Position numbers and translations under genes: made by a program
IMG/VR virus record: IMGVR_UViG_3300049027_000115
Location: 1-54,930 of that record
Source: a virus
Lineage: Duplodnaviria > Caudoviricetes
Direction: 5' to 3' (one strand)
Length of the DNA stretch: 54,930 bases
The notes under the pieces: model-generated
Told to the model about the DNA's origin: nothing
Seen by the model: the letters and a program-made list of their open reading frames with translations, nothing else
The model's database searches: none
Shown here: piece after piece, positions 19,682 to 28,439 of the stretch
Position numbering within the stretch: position 1 is the first letter of the stretch
Layout of the letters: every line of letters starts with the position of its first letter

Positions 19682-22600
19682 ATGAAAATAAGCACTCAAG
19701 AGAGAGTAGCTTTCCGGGGTAAGTCCTGGCAGCTCCTTCTCTTCTTACTGATCCTTTACGGATCTTCCTTCGCACAGGGTTTCCCTGGCACAGACAGCTT
19801 GCGTAATTACAATACGCGCTACATTACCAACAATCCCAACACTGCCTTTACAAACTTGCGGCTGCACACTTTGTTGCGGGGCGTGATTGACTGGATTGAT
19901 ACTGCCAGGATAAGCGGCGGTGGAGGTGGCGGCTCTTTGGGCATTGATACAATCTACGCGATCAATGATTCCACTATCCGTTACAGGAAGAGTGGAGTAT
20001 TCCGGAATGTTGTCATAAAAGGGGTATATGATAATCGTCGTAAGGTCGATTCCATGTACCAGATAAATGATAGTACGATCGGGTATAAAATCAATGGGGT
20101 TCAGCGAACATTTATTGTAAGAGGATCTCCGGGATGGCAATTAACAGGCAATGCTGACACCGATCCTTCCAACTTTCTCGGCACCACAGATGAGAAGCCG
20201 CTCCGCATTGCTACCAACGGCGTGCAGCGGATCCTGGTGGACAGTGTTACCGGTAAAATAGCGTTCATCCAGGATAGCGATACACTATACCTCATTCCAG
20301 GTAGTGAGAACCTGATATCGGCTTCGCCCGGAACGGATCTTTCTTTAAAAACAGATAATGCATTACTGCGAATTGGAGGTGCGAAGAAGTTCGTAATAGG
20401 AGGCATTGATAACGGCGGCAATCCTGCAACAGATTCCTTCCTTGTTCGTAATCCTGTTGACAGTTTGGTGAAGGCTATGAGTACAGCCTTATTTGCCACA
20501 CAAGCAGCTCTCAATGATAGTGCGACTGCTTTACGAAATGCAATAGCTACAATGCTGGATAGTACGCTAGGAGTAATTTACCAGGCCGTGGGCTTCTCAA
20601 ATCTCAGCGATTTCACTAACAGGGGCGCCACAGCTTCAGTAGTAGGTGCTGACATAAGTTTTTCCGGTGGTGCAAATAACTTCAACCAAACACTGGAATA
20701 TAATATAGGTACGTTACTCGAACAGTGGCACCAATCCGCAGTATTTATCCCGACTGAAAAAACTTCCACATCATACGGATTTGGACTGGGCATACGAAGC
20801 ACCAATTCCAGTGCTGTGAATGTTACAGCAAAATTCGATGCCACTACCGGAAGCAATTCCGGCAAATTACTAATCTATGCAGGTTCCAATATATTGGTAA
20901 AGACAGGTGAAACAGCAATTGCCTTCAGTGCGAATGATTCGCTGGAGCTGCACGTGGAGCGCGCGACAGATTCGATTTACACATGGATATTCAATCGCAC
21001 ACAGAAGGTGAGCAGTCCTAAATTGTCCTACGGATACTCTTTTGCTTCTGATGCAACCGTATTCACACCCAATACTGGCCGGTTCGCTATTTCCAGCTTC
21101 GGTGGCACATTCAAAGTATCAGAGTTGACCATTACATCCAACACGCCAAAGCGTCCAGATGTCCTGATAATTGGAGACAGCAAGACTGCGGGATACTTTG
21201 CCAATTCTCCTTTCGACCGGTGGGCAGTCATGTTCAGGAAATCCTTTCCGAATACTGTAATTCAGGCGGGCAGTGCTGATAAGATCACTGACGCAATGGC
21301 GCGGTTGGATGAGACACTGAGCATTCTTCCCCGGCAGGTACTCTTATCTATTGGCGTGAATGACATCAGAGTGGGCGTAGACAGCAATACAATAAAAAGC
21401 AATTATACCACCTACGTAGCCTCTTTGCAGGCAGGTGGCGCAATGGTGTATCATCTATTGTCTATGAAGGAAGTTTCGCTGAACGCAGATTGGTTCAACA
21501 ACTTTATCATCCGCACCTGGCCGAATGAATACATCGATTCTAAAATTCAGTTCTGTAATGACTGTCTTGCTTTCGACAATATACATCTGAATAATAAAGG
21601 TAACACTGTAGTTGCTGGTGCTGTCATTAGCAGCGGCAAGTTGCAGGGGCAAACGAGTGTTGAAGATAATTCTTTGAACTCGGTATTGGCAAAAGGAAGT
21701 GTCTCAAATATAACGCCTATAATTGGATCCATCTCTCGTTTAGGTGGGACTGCGGCGGGCTCTTTTTCTGATCCAAAATTAATACTGACCAGCTCTACAT
21801 ATCCATCAATTGTTATGGAAACTGGTACGACTAATTTTGGCGGCGGCTCCATTGCATGGAAAACGAACAGAGGCGGTCCGAAAGTTAATCCTTCTCTATT
21901 CGGCGATAGCGTTGCTATGGCAATGGTTGTTCATGCCTACGATAATACCGCACGTACATGGGCGCTTTTTACAGCAACCAATTCGAGTAACCAGGTAACA
22001 GGATTCGCAATCAGACAACCAGATAGTGATTTCATCGGAACGAGATCGAGAGTGACAGCTCAGGCCGGACAGAACTTATATGCAGGATTTGAATTAGCAG
22101 GAACAGTGAATTTCAATGCTACACAAGCTGTCTTTGCTGTCAATGCAGCCACGCAGCCTGTAGACTTCTATAATCTCCCTTCTGTCAGCATTGATACTAC
22201 TACGTATAAGCCATTGGTTCGGCGTTCTGATGGCCGTACTTATACATCATACTGGCCTGTATATGGCGGCGGCGGGGCTGGCACGGTTACAGACTTTACA
22301 TTCACAGATGGAAATGGCTTCGATGGAACCGTATCTACATCAACTTCAACGCCAACATTATCAATTACTACATCTTTGACAACTGGCAGTGTTCCGTTCA
22401 TCGGTGCAGGCGGCGCGTTGTCGGAAGATAATGCAAATCACTTTTGGGATAATTCAAACAAACGTCAATCTATAGGAGCAGGCACGAGCCCATCTGCTCG
22501 ATTGCATATAAACAGCGATGCTCTTGGCGGTACCACTACAGGAACGTCGTTAAACTCCTCCGGTATTTTTTTATCGAGCACCACGGCTGCTACGAATGGT

Positions 22601-23533
22601 GCACAACAAATGAGCCCCGCGATAGTGATGCGAGGAAATGGGTATGGTACCACGGGATCTGCAAGCCAGACAGTGGATTGGAAAATGCAGGTATTACCCA
22701 TCCAGGGAACTACTCCTTCTGCTCAGCTAGTTTTTTCACCGAGCATTAATGGAGCAACTTATACTTCGCCTATTAATTTTACTTCGGGTGGCATGATCAA
22801 TGCTGGTACTCTGGTGACCACTGGCGCTATCGTTACCGGATCAGCATCCTTCCTTGGATGGCAGGGAAGATCGACCATGTATTCACCTGCTAATGGCAAT
22901 ATTCGTCTTACTAACCAGGCCGGTACTGATTTCGGCTTATTGATTTTTGGAGATGCTACTTCTTCTTTTCCAGCGCTTCAACGTAGTGGTTCGGGGTTGA
23001 TTTTACGTCTCGGTGATAATAGCGCCGATGCGCCACTTACCGCTTCAGGCCTTACACTTTCCGGCCTAACGGGAACTGGTACGCGCCTTTCTACCACTTC
23101 CTCGACCGGCGTGTCCGGTGCCATTACCAACGGATCTGATGGACAAGTGATGACAATGGTAAGCGGATCCCCGGCATGGACCAATAAAGATTTCGAAAGC
23201 GGGACGTATACACCGACCGTGTCCGGATTAACCAACGTTACTTCAAACACTCCTCAAAATGCTACCTGGATGCGTGTCGGAAATACTGTAACAGTTGCCG
23301 GCGCTATAGATATTGGTACGGCATCCATTGGTACCGTTTTCAGTTTATTTCTATCCCTTCCAATCGCTTCGAATTTTACTGGTTACGATGGCGGCGGAAC
23401 TGGGGGTTATGCGTTAGGGACGAATTGCTATACCCTGACCACGAATGTCGCCAACGATGTAATGCAATTGCAAGGTACATCCGAAAACACCGGGATGACT
23501 ATCACGTATCATTTCACATACACCATCAAATAA
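19682..23533 (+). CDS. Tail-fibre-like protein with Sec signal peptide and central SGNH/GDSL esterase domain
   Basis: Signal ...WQLLLFLLILYGSSFA|Q; SGNH blocks IIGDSKT, GVNDI, DNIH; G/T/S-rich fibre segments; C-terminal GTYTP..WMRVGNTVTV..LP fibre-tip pattern. Confidence 0.75.
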   Translation: MKISTQERVAFRGKSWQLLLFLLILYGSSFAQGFPGTDSLRNYNTRYITNNPNTAFTNLRLHTLLRGVIDWIDTARISGGGGGGSLGIDTIYAINDSTIRYRKSGVFRNVVIKGVYDNRRKVDSMYQINDSTIGYKINGVQRTFIVRGSPGWQLTGNADTDPSNFLGTTDEKPLRIATNGVQRILVDSVTGKIAFIQDSDTLYLIPGSENLISASPGTDLSLKTDNALLRIGGAKKFVIGGIDNGGNPATDSFLVRNPVDSLVKAMSTALFATQAALNDSATALRNAIATMLDSTLGVIYQAVGFSNLSDFTNRGATASVVGADISFSGGANNFNQTLEYNIGTLLEQWHQSAVFIPTEKTSTSYGFGLGIRSTNSSAVNVTAKFDATTGSNSGKLLIYAGSNILVKTGETAIAFSANDSLELHVERATDSIYTWIFNRTQKVSSPKLSYGYSFASDATVFTPNTGRFAISSFGGTFKVSELTITSNTPKRPDVLIIGDSKTAGYFANSPFDRWAVMFRKSFPNTVIQAGSADKITDAMARLDETLSILPRQVLLSIGVNDIRVGVDSNTIKSNYTTYVASLQAGGAMVYHLLSMKEVSLNADWFNNFIIRTWPNEYIDSKIQFCNDCLAFDNIHLNNKGNTVVAGAVISSGKLQGQTSVEDNSLNSVLAKGSVSNITPIIGSISRLGGTAAGSFSDPKLILTSSTYPSIVMETGTTNFGGGSIAWKTNRGGPKVNPSLFGDSVAMAMVVHAYDNTARTWALFTATNSSNQVTGFAIRQPDSDFIGTRSRVTAQAGQNLYAGFELAGTVNFNATQAVFAVNAATQPVDFYNLPSVSIDTTTYKPLVRRSDGRTYTSYWPVYGGGGAGTVTDFTFTDGNGFDGTVSTSTSTPTLSITTSLTTGSVPFIGAGGALSEDNANHFWDNSNKRQSIGAGTSPSARLHINSDALGGTTTGTSLNSSGIFLSSTTAATNGAQQMSPAIVMRGNGYGTTGSASQTVDWKMQVLPIQGTTPSAQLVFSPSINGATYTSPINFTSGGMINAGTLVTTGAIVTGSASFLGWQGRSTMYSPANGNIRLTNQAGTDFGLLIFGDATSSFPALQRSGSGLILRLGDNSADAPLTASGLTLSGLTGTGTRLSTTSSTGVSGAITNGSDGQVMTMVSGSPAWTNKDFESGTYTPTVSGLTNVTSNTPQNATWMRVGNTVTVAGAIDIGTASIGTVFSLFLSLPIASNFTGYDGGGTGGYALGTNCYTLTTNVANDVMQLQGTSENTGMTITYHFTYTIK

Positions 23534-23541
23534 TTACAAAC

Positions 23542-24375
23542 ATGACTACCACGACACGTCTCGATATACCATTTAGCTCCGGCAGAGCTGTTCCAACGGT
23601 TTTTCATAAATCATCCAACGCGCCGGCAGATGCACCACTCATCATCTTCGGCCCTGGTAGCGGTGAAAACCTAAGCAGAGGCCCAGTGACTGCTACTACT
23701 CTCACGGAACGATACAATAACCTCGTGAGTTATGGCCATCATAAAACTCTTGCCGCGAATGCAGACAAGATGGGTTTCCATGTGCTGATACCGTTGTTTG
23801 TACAGGAGTGGAACAACTGGGTTCCTGCGTGGACCGGTGGTACTTACATCGAAAATATTATTGATTGGGCTGTTAAAAATCTTCCCATCGATCCAACACG
23901 CATCATCCTGATGGGATATTCCGAAGGTGGCTGCATGGTGCTGGATGCGTTGACCAGGAACGAGAGATTAACTGCAAAGATCGCTGGCGGAGTAGTTCTT
24001 TCGGGTGGAGGTGTAAGTAATCCTACATGGAAATTGATCGCAGACTTTCATATTCCAGTTTGGTTTTACCACGCGAAAGATGATACTAGTCCGGCACCAT
24101 ACTCCATGAGTGTATCGAATGTTGAATCCATCCGAAAGACCAGCGCTGATCCGGCTCCTGTTTTTCACCAGATCCCCAGTGGTGGACATAATGCTGGACC
24201 TACGGTTGGCCTCACGGACTTGGCCATGTACAATGCGGCGTTAACGTGGAAGGCCGGAAGTGTACCAGGCACCGGTAACCCAGAAGAACCGGAAGAGCCT
24301 GCAAAAACGATTGTCGCCAAGTTGGAGATCACACTGTTCAGCGACGGTACAACCGAGACAAAGAAACTTCAATAA
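23542..24375 (+). CDS. Alpha/beta-hydrolase (esterase/peptidase-like)
   Basis: IDPTRIILMGYSEGG nucleophile elbow, HAKDD, GGH; start ATG 23542 after an AT-rich leader. Confidence 0.8.
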   Translation: MTTTTRLDIPFSSGRAVPTVFHKSSNAPADAPLIIFGPGSGENLSRGPVTATTLTERYNNLVSYGHHKTLAANADKMGFHVLIPLFVQEWNNWVPAWTGGTYIENIIDWAVKNLPIDPTRIILMGYSEGGCMVLDALTRNERLTAKIAGGVVLSGGGVSNPTWKLIADFHIPVWFYHAKDDTSPAPYSMSVSNVESIRKTSADPAPVFHQIPSGGHNAGPTVGLTDLAMYNAALTWKAGSVPGTGNPEEPEEPAKTIVAKLEITLFSDGTTETKKLQ

Positions 24376-24395
24376 CCCATTTCGTATATCCGCCC

Positions 24396-24659
24396 ATGGT
24401 ACAGAAAAATGATACAGTCAACAAAGTAAAAGCAACTGCTTTCAACTGGGTTTCGATGACCCTTATTAGCATCGTCGGTTGGCTTGTAATGGACATGCAT
24501 GCAGATTTAAAAAGTGTCCTACAGGTGATCCCAGTAATGCGATTGGAAATAGACTATTTGAAAGACAACAGGCTTGTTGACCGGCTGAAGATGCACCAGC
24601 TTCTACCAAAGGGCAAGCATGAGGATGAAATAAACTACGATTCATTAACACAAAAATAA
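24396..24659 (+). CDS. Single-TM lysis-region protein
   Basis: One hydrophobic helix followed by a short coiled coil. Confidence 0.55.
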   Translation: MVQKNDTVNKVKATAFNWVSMTLISIVGWLVMDMHADLKSVLQVIPVMRLEIDYLKDNRLVDRLKMHQLLPKGKHEDEINYDSLTQK

Positions 24660-24662
24660 AAA

Positions 24663-24962
24663 GTGATGGAAACAACTACGACCTCGAAACAGTACACCCT
24701 CAATGTCAAGGATGCCCTCAGGGGCCTTCTCATGGCTGTTCTTGGTGCAGTCCTTACAGCCTTATATCCGGTTGTATCTGATGGTTCATTCGATTTCAAC
24801 TGGAAATCAATTGCTGCAGGCGCAGTAACTACCGCCATTGCCTACCTGCTCAAAAACTTTTTCACTCCAACAGAAGTAGTGGTGACCAAAGTGCCAGAAG
24901 AGAAAGTGAAGCAGGTTCAGAAAGGGACCGCTGATGTGGTGATTCAATCGAACAGGAAATAA
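24663..24962 (+). CDS. Holin (putative, 2 TM)
   Basis: Two TM segments, AYLLKN motif, charged C-terminus; in the lysis cassette. Confidence 0.7.
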   Translation: MMETTTTSKQYTLNVKDALRGLLMAVLGAVLTALYPVVSDGSFDFNWKSIAAGAVTTAIAYLLKNFFTPTEVVVTKVPEEKVKQVQKGTADVVIQSNRK

Positions 24963-24989
24963 CATTCATAACCTACAAATACAACAACC

Positions 24990-25451
24990 ATGAGTTTAGG
25001 AAAATTCTTACGCAAGCTGTGGCTTGGTATAGCAAACCTCTTTAAGAAGATTGACAAAGAGGTGAAGGAAATTGTTCCGATCGCTATCGGCATTATCGAG
25101 AACATTAAAAAAATCACTGACACACATATAGGAGATGTGATCACTGCTATCATCCCCGGCAACCTGGATGATAAGATCCATGACCAGTTGAAAGAGTTTC
25201 TGCCGAAAGCAATATTGAATCTTACGCTGATCGGTGATATCGCGGCTATCGAGGATCCGAATGAAAAGCTGAAAGCGATCCTTGCGAAAATTAATGTGAG
25301 CCCGGATGATACCAAGAAAGTTTTCTACCACGGGCTTGCATCACTTGTACTGGAACGCCTGGCCGACGGCAAATTTGACTGGTCCGATGCCACGGCCGTC
25401 GCAGAGTACTATTACCAGCACATCCTTAATGAGGAAGAAAAGGAGGATTGA
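24990..25451 (+). CDS. Hypothetical lysis-cassette protein with cationic amphipathic N-terminus
   Basis: MSLGKFLRKLWLGIANLFKKI; between holin and endolysin. Confidence 0.6.
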   Translation: MSLGKFLRKLWLGIANLFKKIDKEVKEIVPIAIGIIENIKKITDTHIGDVITAIIPGNLDDKIHDQLKEFLPKAILNLTLIGDIAAIEDPNEKLKAILAKINVSPDDTKKVFYHGLASLVLERLADGKFDWSDATAVAEYYYQHILNEEEKED

Positions 25452-25454
25452 TCT

Positions 25455-26090
25455 ATGCTGATTACAGAAGAACAACTCAAAAATATTGCGACCCGCATGC
25501 CGGATCCGTTGGTAACAGAGATCACCGGGCTCATCAATTTGATTTGCCCTGACTTCGGCATGAACAGAGATGTGCTTCAGGAATTCTTACCAAACGTCCT
25601 GCACGAATCGGATGAATTCACCAGGCTGGAAGAGAACCTGAACTACTCTGCCAAACGGCTTACAGAGGTGTGGCCCAGTCGGTTCCCGAATATCGCAGCC
25701 GCCCAGCCCTACGCCAACAACCCGCGCGGTCTGGCTAATAAAGTGTATGGCGGCCGAATGGGCAACGAGCAGCGCAATGATGGCTGGGACTTCCGTGGAG
25801 GGGGTGCCATTCAACTTACTGGCCGCGGCATGTACTCTGCGTTCGCAAGATTCATGCTGGATCGCTTCGGGATGAAGAGGACAGCGCAGGAGTGGGCAGA
25901 GCTGATCCGGACAAACCAGAAGTGGAGCATGTATGCCGCATGCTGGTTCTTCTCTGTCGCCAAAGACCTGAATGGCCTGGCAGTGAACGATGAGATGAAA
26001 GTGATAGTAAAGAGGATCAATGGGGGCTTTAACGGGCTCGATGATCGCATGAAGTACTATGTACTGTGCAAGAAACATCTTCCTGAATAA
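25455..26090 (+). CDS. Endolysin, glycoside hydrolase family 19
   Basis: HES..EENLNYS, DGWDFRGGGAIQLTGR and INGGFNGLDDR motifs. Confidence 0.93.
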   Translation: MLITEEQLKNIATRMPDPLVTEITGLINLICPDFGMNRDVLQEFLPNVLHESDEFTRLEENLNYSAKRLTEVWPSRFPNIAAAQPYANNPRGLANKVYGGRMGNEQRNDGWDFRGGGAIQLTGRGMYSAFARFMLDRFGMKRTAQEWAELIRTNQKWSMYAACWFFSVAKDLNGLAVNDEMKVIVKRINGGFNGLDDRMKYYVLCKKHLPE

Positions 26091-26216
26091 CTATACTTAC
26101 GGTTGCGCCGAAAGCGCATCTATCAGCTCTGGTTTCTACCGGGGCTTTTCGTTTACGGTTTCCCGTAAAATACTCCTGCAGGAATCAACGACCTTTACAT
26201 CTCAGATGTATCATTT

Positions 26217-26247
26217 AGGCCCCGGGTGTTTACCTGGGGCCTTTTTT
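26217..26247 (+). terminator. Terminator at the end of the late region
   Basis: AGGCCCCGGGT-GTTT-ACCTGGGGCCT stem plus T run; a smaller hairpin lies at 26125-26149. Confidence 0.75.
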
Positions 26248-26611
26248 ATACGTTGCTTTCAATCTGTGGTAAATCGAAGAAGTTTGCCGCGAACAATCTA
26301 TACTCTTCAATGGTGTAGACGAATTCACCTGTTTTTTTCTCACTTGTCTTAACATTGCGAATCCATTTACGACCGGATAATGTGTCGTCCACCTCATCAT
26401 GTATAAGTGAATACCCATCAATTTGCAATCCATAATCAGCCAGGTAGCAGACGATACTGTAGATGTGCTTCGCTGGGATGAGTCTACCTGTTGCCAGCGC
26501 CTGGCGAATGGTACCGTTTGGAAGTCCCAGTTCTTTTTCCACAATAGTGGGCGCAACGGCTGGATGAGATCGAAAATATTCACGAATAATATTGGTATAT
26601 TTTTCTTGCAT
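26246..26611 (-). CDS. HTH-like DNA-binding protein
   Basis: PTIVEKELGLPNGTIRQAL helix-turn-helix pattern; probable start MQEKY at 26611. Confidence 0.65.
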   Translation of the reverse strand: MQEKYTNIIREYFRSHPAVAPTIVEKELGLPNGTIRQALATGRLIPAKHIYSIVCYLADYGLQIDGYSLIHDEVDDTLSGRKWIRNVKTSEKKTGEFVYTIEEYRLFAANFFDLPQIESNV

Positions 26612-26647
26612 ATCTTTGGAGTTATTCCGGGTTCGTAAGTGTTCCGG

Positions 26648-26686
26648 AAAAGCCCCCAAGGTTGCAGCCGGATTGGGGGCTTTTTT
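26648..26686. terminator. Bidirectional terminator-like hairpin
   Basis: AAAAGCCCCCAA...TTGGGGGCTTTT. Confidence 0.7.
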
Positions 26687-26688
26687 AA

Positions 26689-27054
26689 CTATGACACGGC
26701 TTCCGCTTCTTTTGTGAGATTAGCAATTAGCTCTTCTGCTTTTTTTAATAACTCAGGCAGTTGCTTGGCCCATTCAATCAGTTCCTTCCCTGTAACGTAA
26801 TCATACCAGTAGTTGAAATCATTTGCCCAGTATGTCCCTTTCCCCAAATCTTCCGTGCAAGTAGGGATAAGTTTATTGCTAATCCGTAAACAACTTCCTT
26901 CGTTTTGCCCGCGACCGCAACGCCCAATGTCAAAGTTTTTCCAGAACTCAAACGGTACATTCTTTTTAACGTATTCCTCAAACTCTTCAGTCTTGTCAAT
27001 TAACGACTGTGTAGCAAGTTTGTAGCTGGCGATTTTTTCAATTAATGTTTGCAT
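26689..27054 (-). CDS. Hypothetical protein
   Basis: Probable start MQTLIEK; TATCTTTG promoter upstream. Confidence 0.65.
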   Translation of the reverse strand: MQTLIEKIASYKLATQSLIDKTEEFEEYVKKNVPFEFWKNFDIGRCGRGQNEGSCLRISNKLIPTCTEDLGKGTYWANDFNYWYDYVTGKELIEWAKQLPELLKKAEELIANLTKEAEAVS

Positions 27055-27117
27055 TTTGTAAGTGTTTAAGAAAGTTACCGGTTTGCAGCCCGGACCGTTA
27101 CAATCATAACGACAAAA

Positions 27118-27160
27118 CAAAGATAAGGAGATTATCTAAAAATGTAACACATGTGTTACA
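27118..27160 (-). promoter_or_regulatory. Bacteroidota -7 promoter and perfect 18-bp palindromic operator
   Basis: TATCTTTG on the minus strand (27125-27118); TGTAACACATGTGTTACA at 27143-27160. Confidence 0.7.
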
Positions 27161-27372
27161 AAATATTCTTGCAGCGTTGTTGCAAATGTAGTTGTGAAAT
27201 GAAAAAGCCCGCGTCGCTCGGCGGGCCTATGATGAGTTTGTATGCGGAAAGCGGAACTGAAGATAGGTAAAATTTAAATCCGGTAATATACTGCAAATCA
27301 GCTAAATTTTCATAAAAAGGAATAATTCACCACTTTTGTTGTATTAAGTTGTAAACTTCGTAACTTTGCAAA

Positions 27373-27432
27373 GGATTGGGGTGTCCCCGGTCGCTAAGAA
27401 AGACAGTTCCATTTGAGGACTGGCTTTTTAGT
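27373..27432 (+). ncRNA. Candidate DUF3800-associated small RNA
   Basis: TTG-N19-TAACTTTG promoter (27339-27368); hairpin GATTGGGG/CCCCGGTC; second hairpin with T tail; abuts the DUF3800 stop codon. Confidence 0.6.
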
Positions 27433-28164
27433 TTACGGGAAGATCTTCAAACCATATCTGCAACCATTCTTATTGTAGAATTTGTCACAAAAAACATCAA
27501 AAGCAGGATTTGCACGTTCGGGATCGATAATGTGACGCGCAGTAGGATAAGCGACCAAATCTGCAATTTGCAACCCAATAATATCTTCCTTCTTGTCATA
27601 AAATTTGAATCCCTTAATTAATGCGCGGAGCCTCTCAGGTTTAACATAGTAAGTGCCACGCGACAAGACCCGTTGAAGATGTTCTGAAAGTATTCGGTCT
27701 TCTTTCTCTCCTCGCTTTTCAATATATATAAATACTCCCTTTTCTCCTGGTATGTCGTCCATTTTAAAAACCAGTCGCTCTATAATGTACGATAGTGAGA
27801 CCTGATATACATCTTCCCCGATTTTTCCATACTTCATAAGGTACTCCGACTTATTTACCCCAGCTGTAATGATAGTATAGTCGCCATCACGCATAATTGC
27901 ATTTAAGCAAGTATAAAATTTCTGTTTTTTCTCAGGATCAAATAAGAGCGAGAATTCCTTCTCGCATCGCCGAATATCACTAGAATGAAGAATAACCTTT
28001 TTGTTACCCCAGATTTCTTCTTTGAGATCAATTATTTGTTGTCCCATCAAACAATATGCGTCACGGGATGCAAGAATTCCTGTAAGGACAAAAACAGGAA
28101 ATGTAGAGTCAATCTTTGTAAGTCCGTGGTCACCGCTTTAATCAATAAAAAAGTAATAATTCAT
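27433..28164 (-). pseudogene. DUF3800-family gene with a nonsense codon at position 9
   Basis: Reads MNYYFFID*SGDHGL...; TAA (28140-28138) replaces the E of the DESG motif; C-terminal LQIADLVAYP is intact. Confidence 0.85.
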
Positions 28165-28291
28165 GATGGTTAGTTTCTGCCTTAAAAGGCAATTAAGGTT
28201 TCACCCCCAATAGGGGTAGCCTTAGTAACCAGACCATGAAAGGAAAGGGAAACTCTTGGAAAGAATGGTTGGAAGTGGTAAATTTGCCACT

Positions 28292-28364
28292 GGGAATAAC
28301 TTTAACCTTCTATGTTAAGAGTTTCCAATGCCTTCCAGTTGACCGCTGGGAGGCATTGTTATTT
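28292..28364 (+). ncRNA. Candidate small RNA
   Basis: TTG-N20-TAAATTTG promoter (28256-28286), 5' hairpin, then CAATGCCTTCCAG/CTGGGAGGCATTG terminator-like hairpin. Confidence 0.45.
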
Positions 28365-28439
28365 CAGATTCAGACAACTTACACAAGAGTTTAATTCCTC
28401 TATTTTTATGCTTCGGAAATTACGGTCAAAATAGTAAAA

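Noticed and set aside
19682-23533. Diversity-generating retroelement targeting the fibre
   Set aside because: No reverse transcriptase in the genome and no template/variable repeat pair noticed
23425-23541. Track N-terminal extensions (also at 6764, 10960, 33898, 41302, 52571, 53657)
   Set aside because: They overlap upstream genes, terminators or promoters; downstream ATGs have typical leaders or gene coupling
28138-28140. Stop-codon reassignment explaining the in-frame TAA
   Set aside because: TAA terminates many genes in this genome; this is a single lesion or sequencing error
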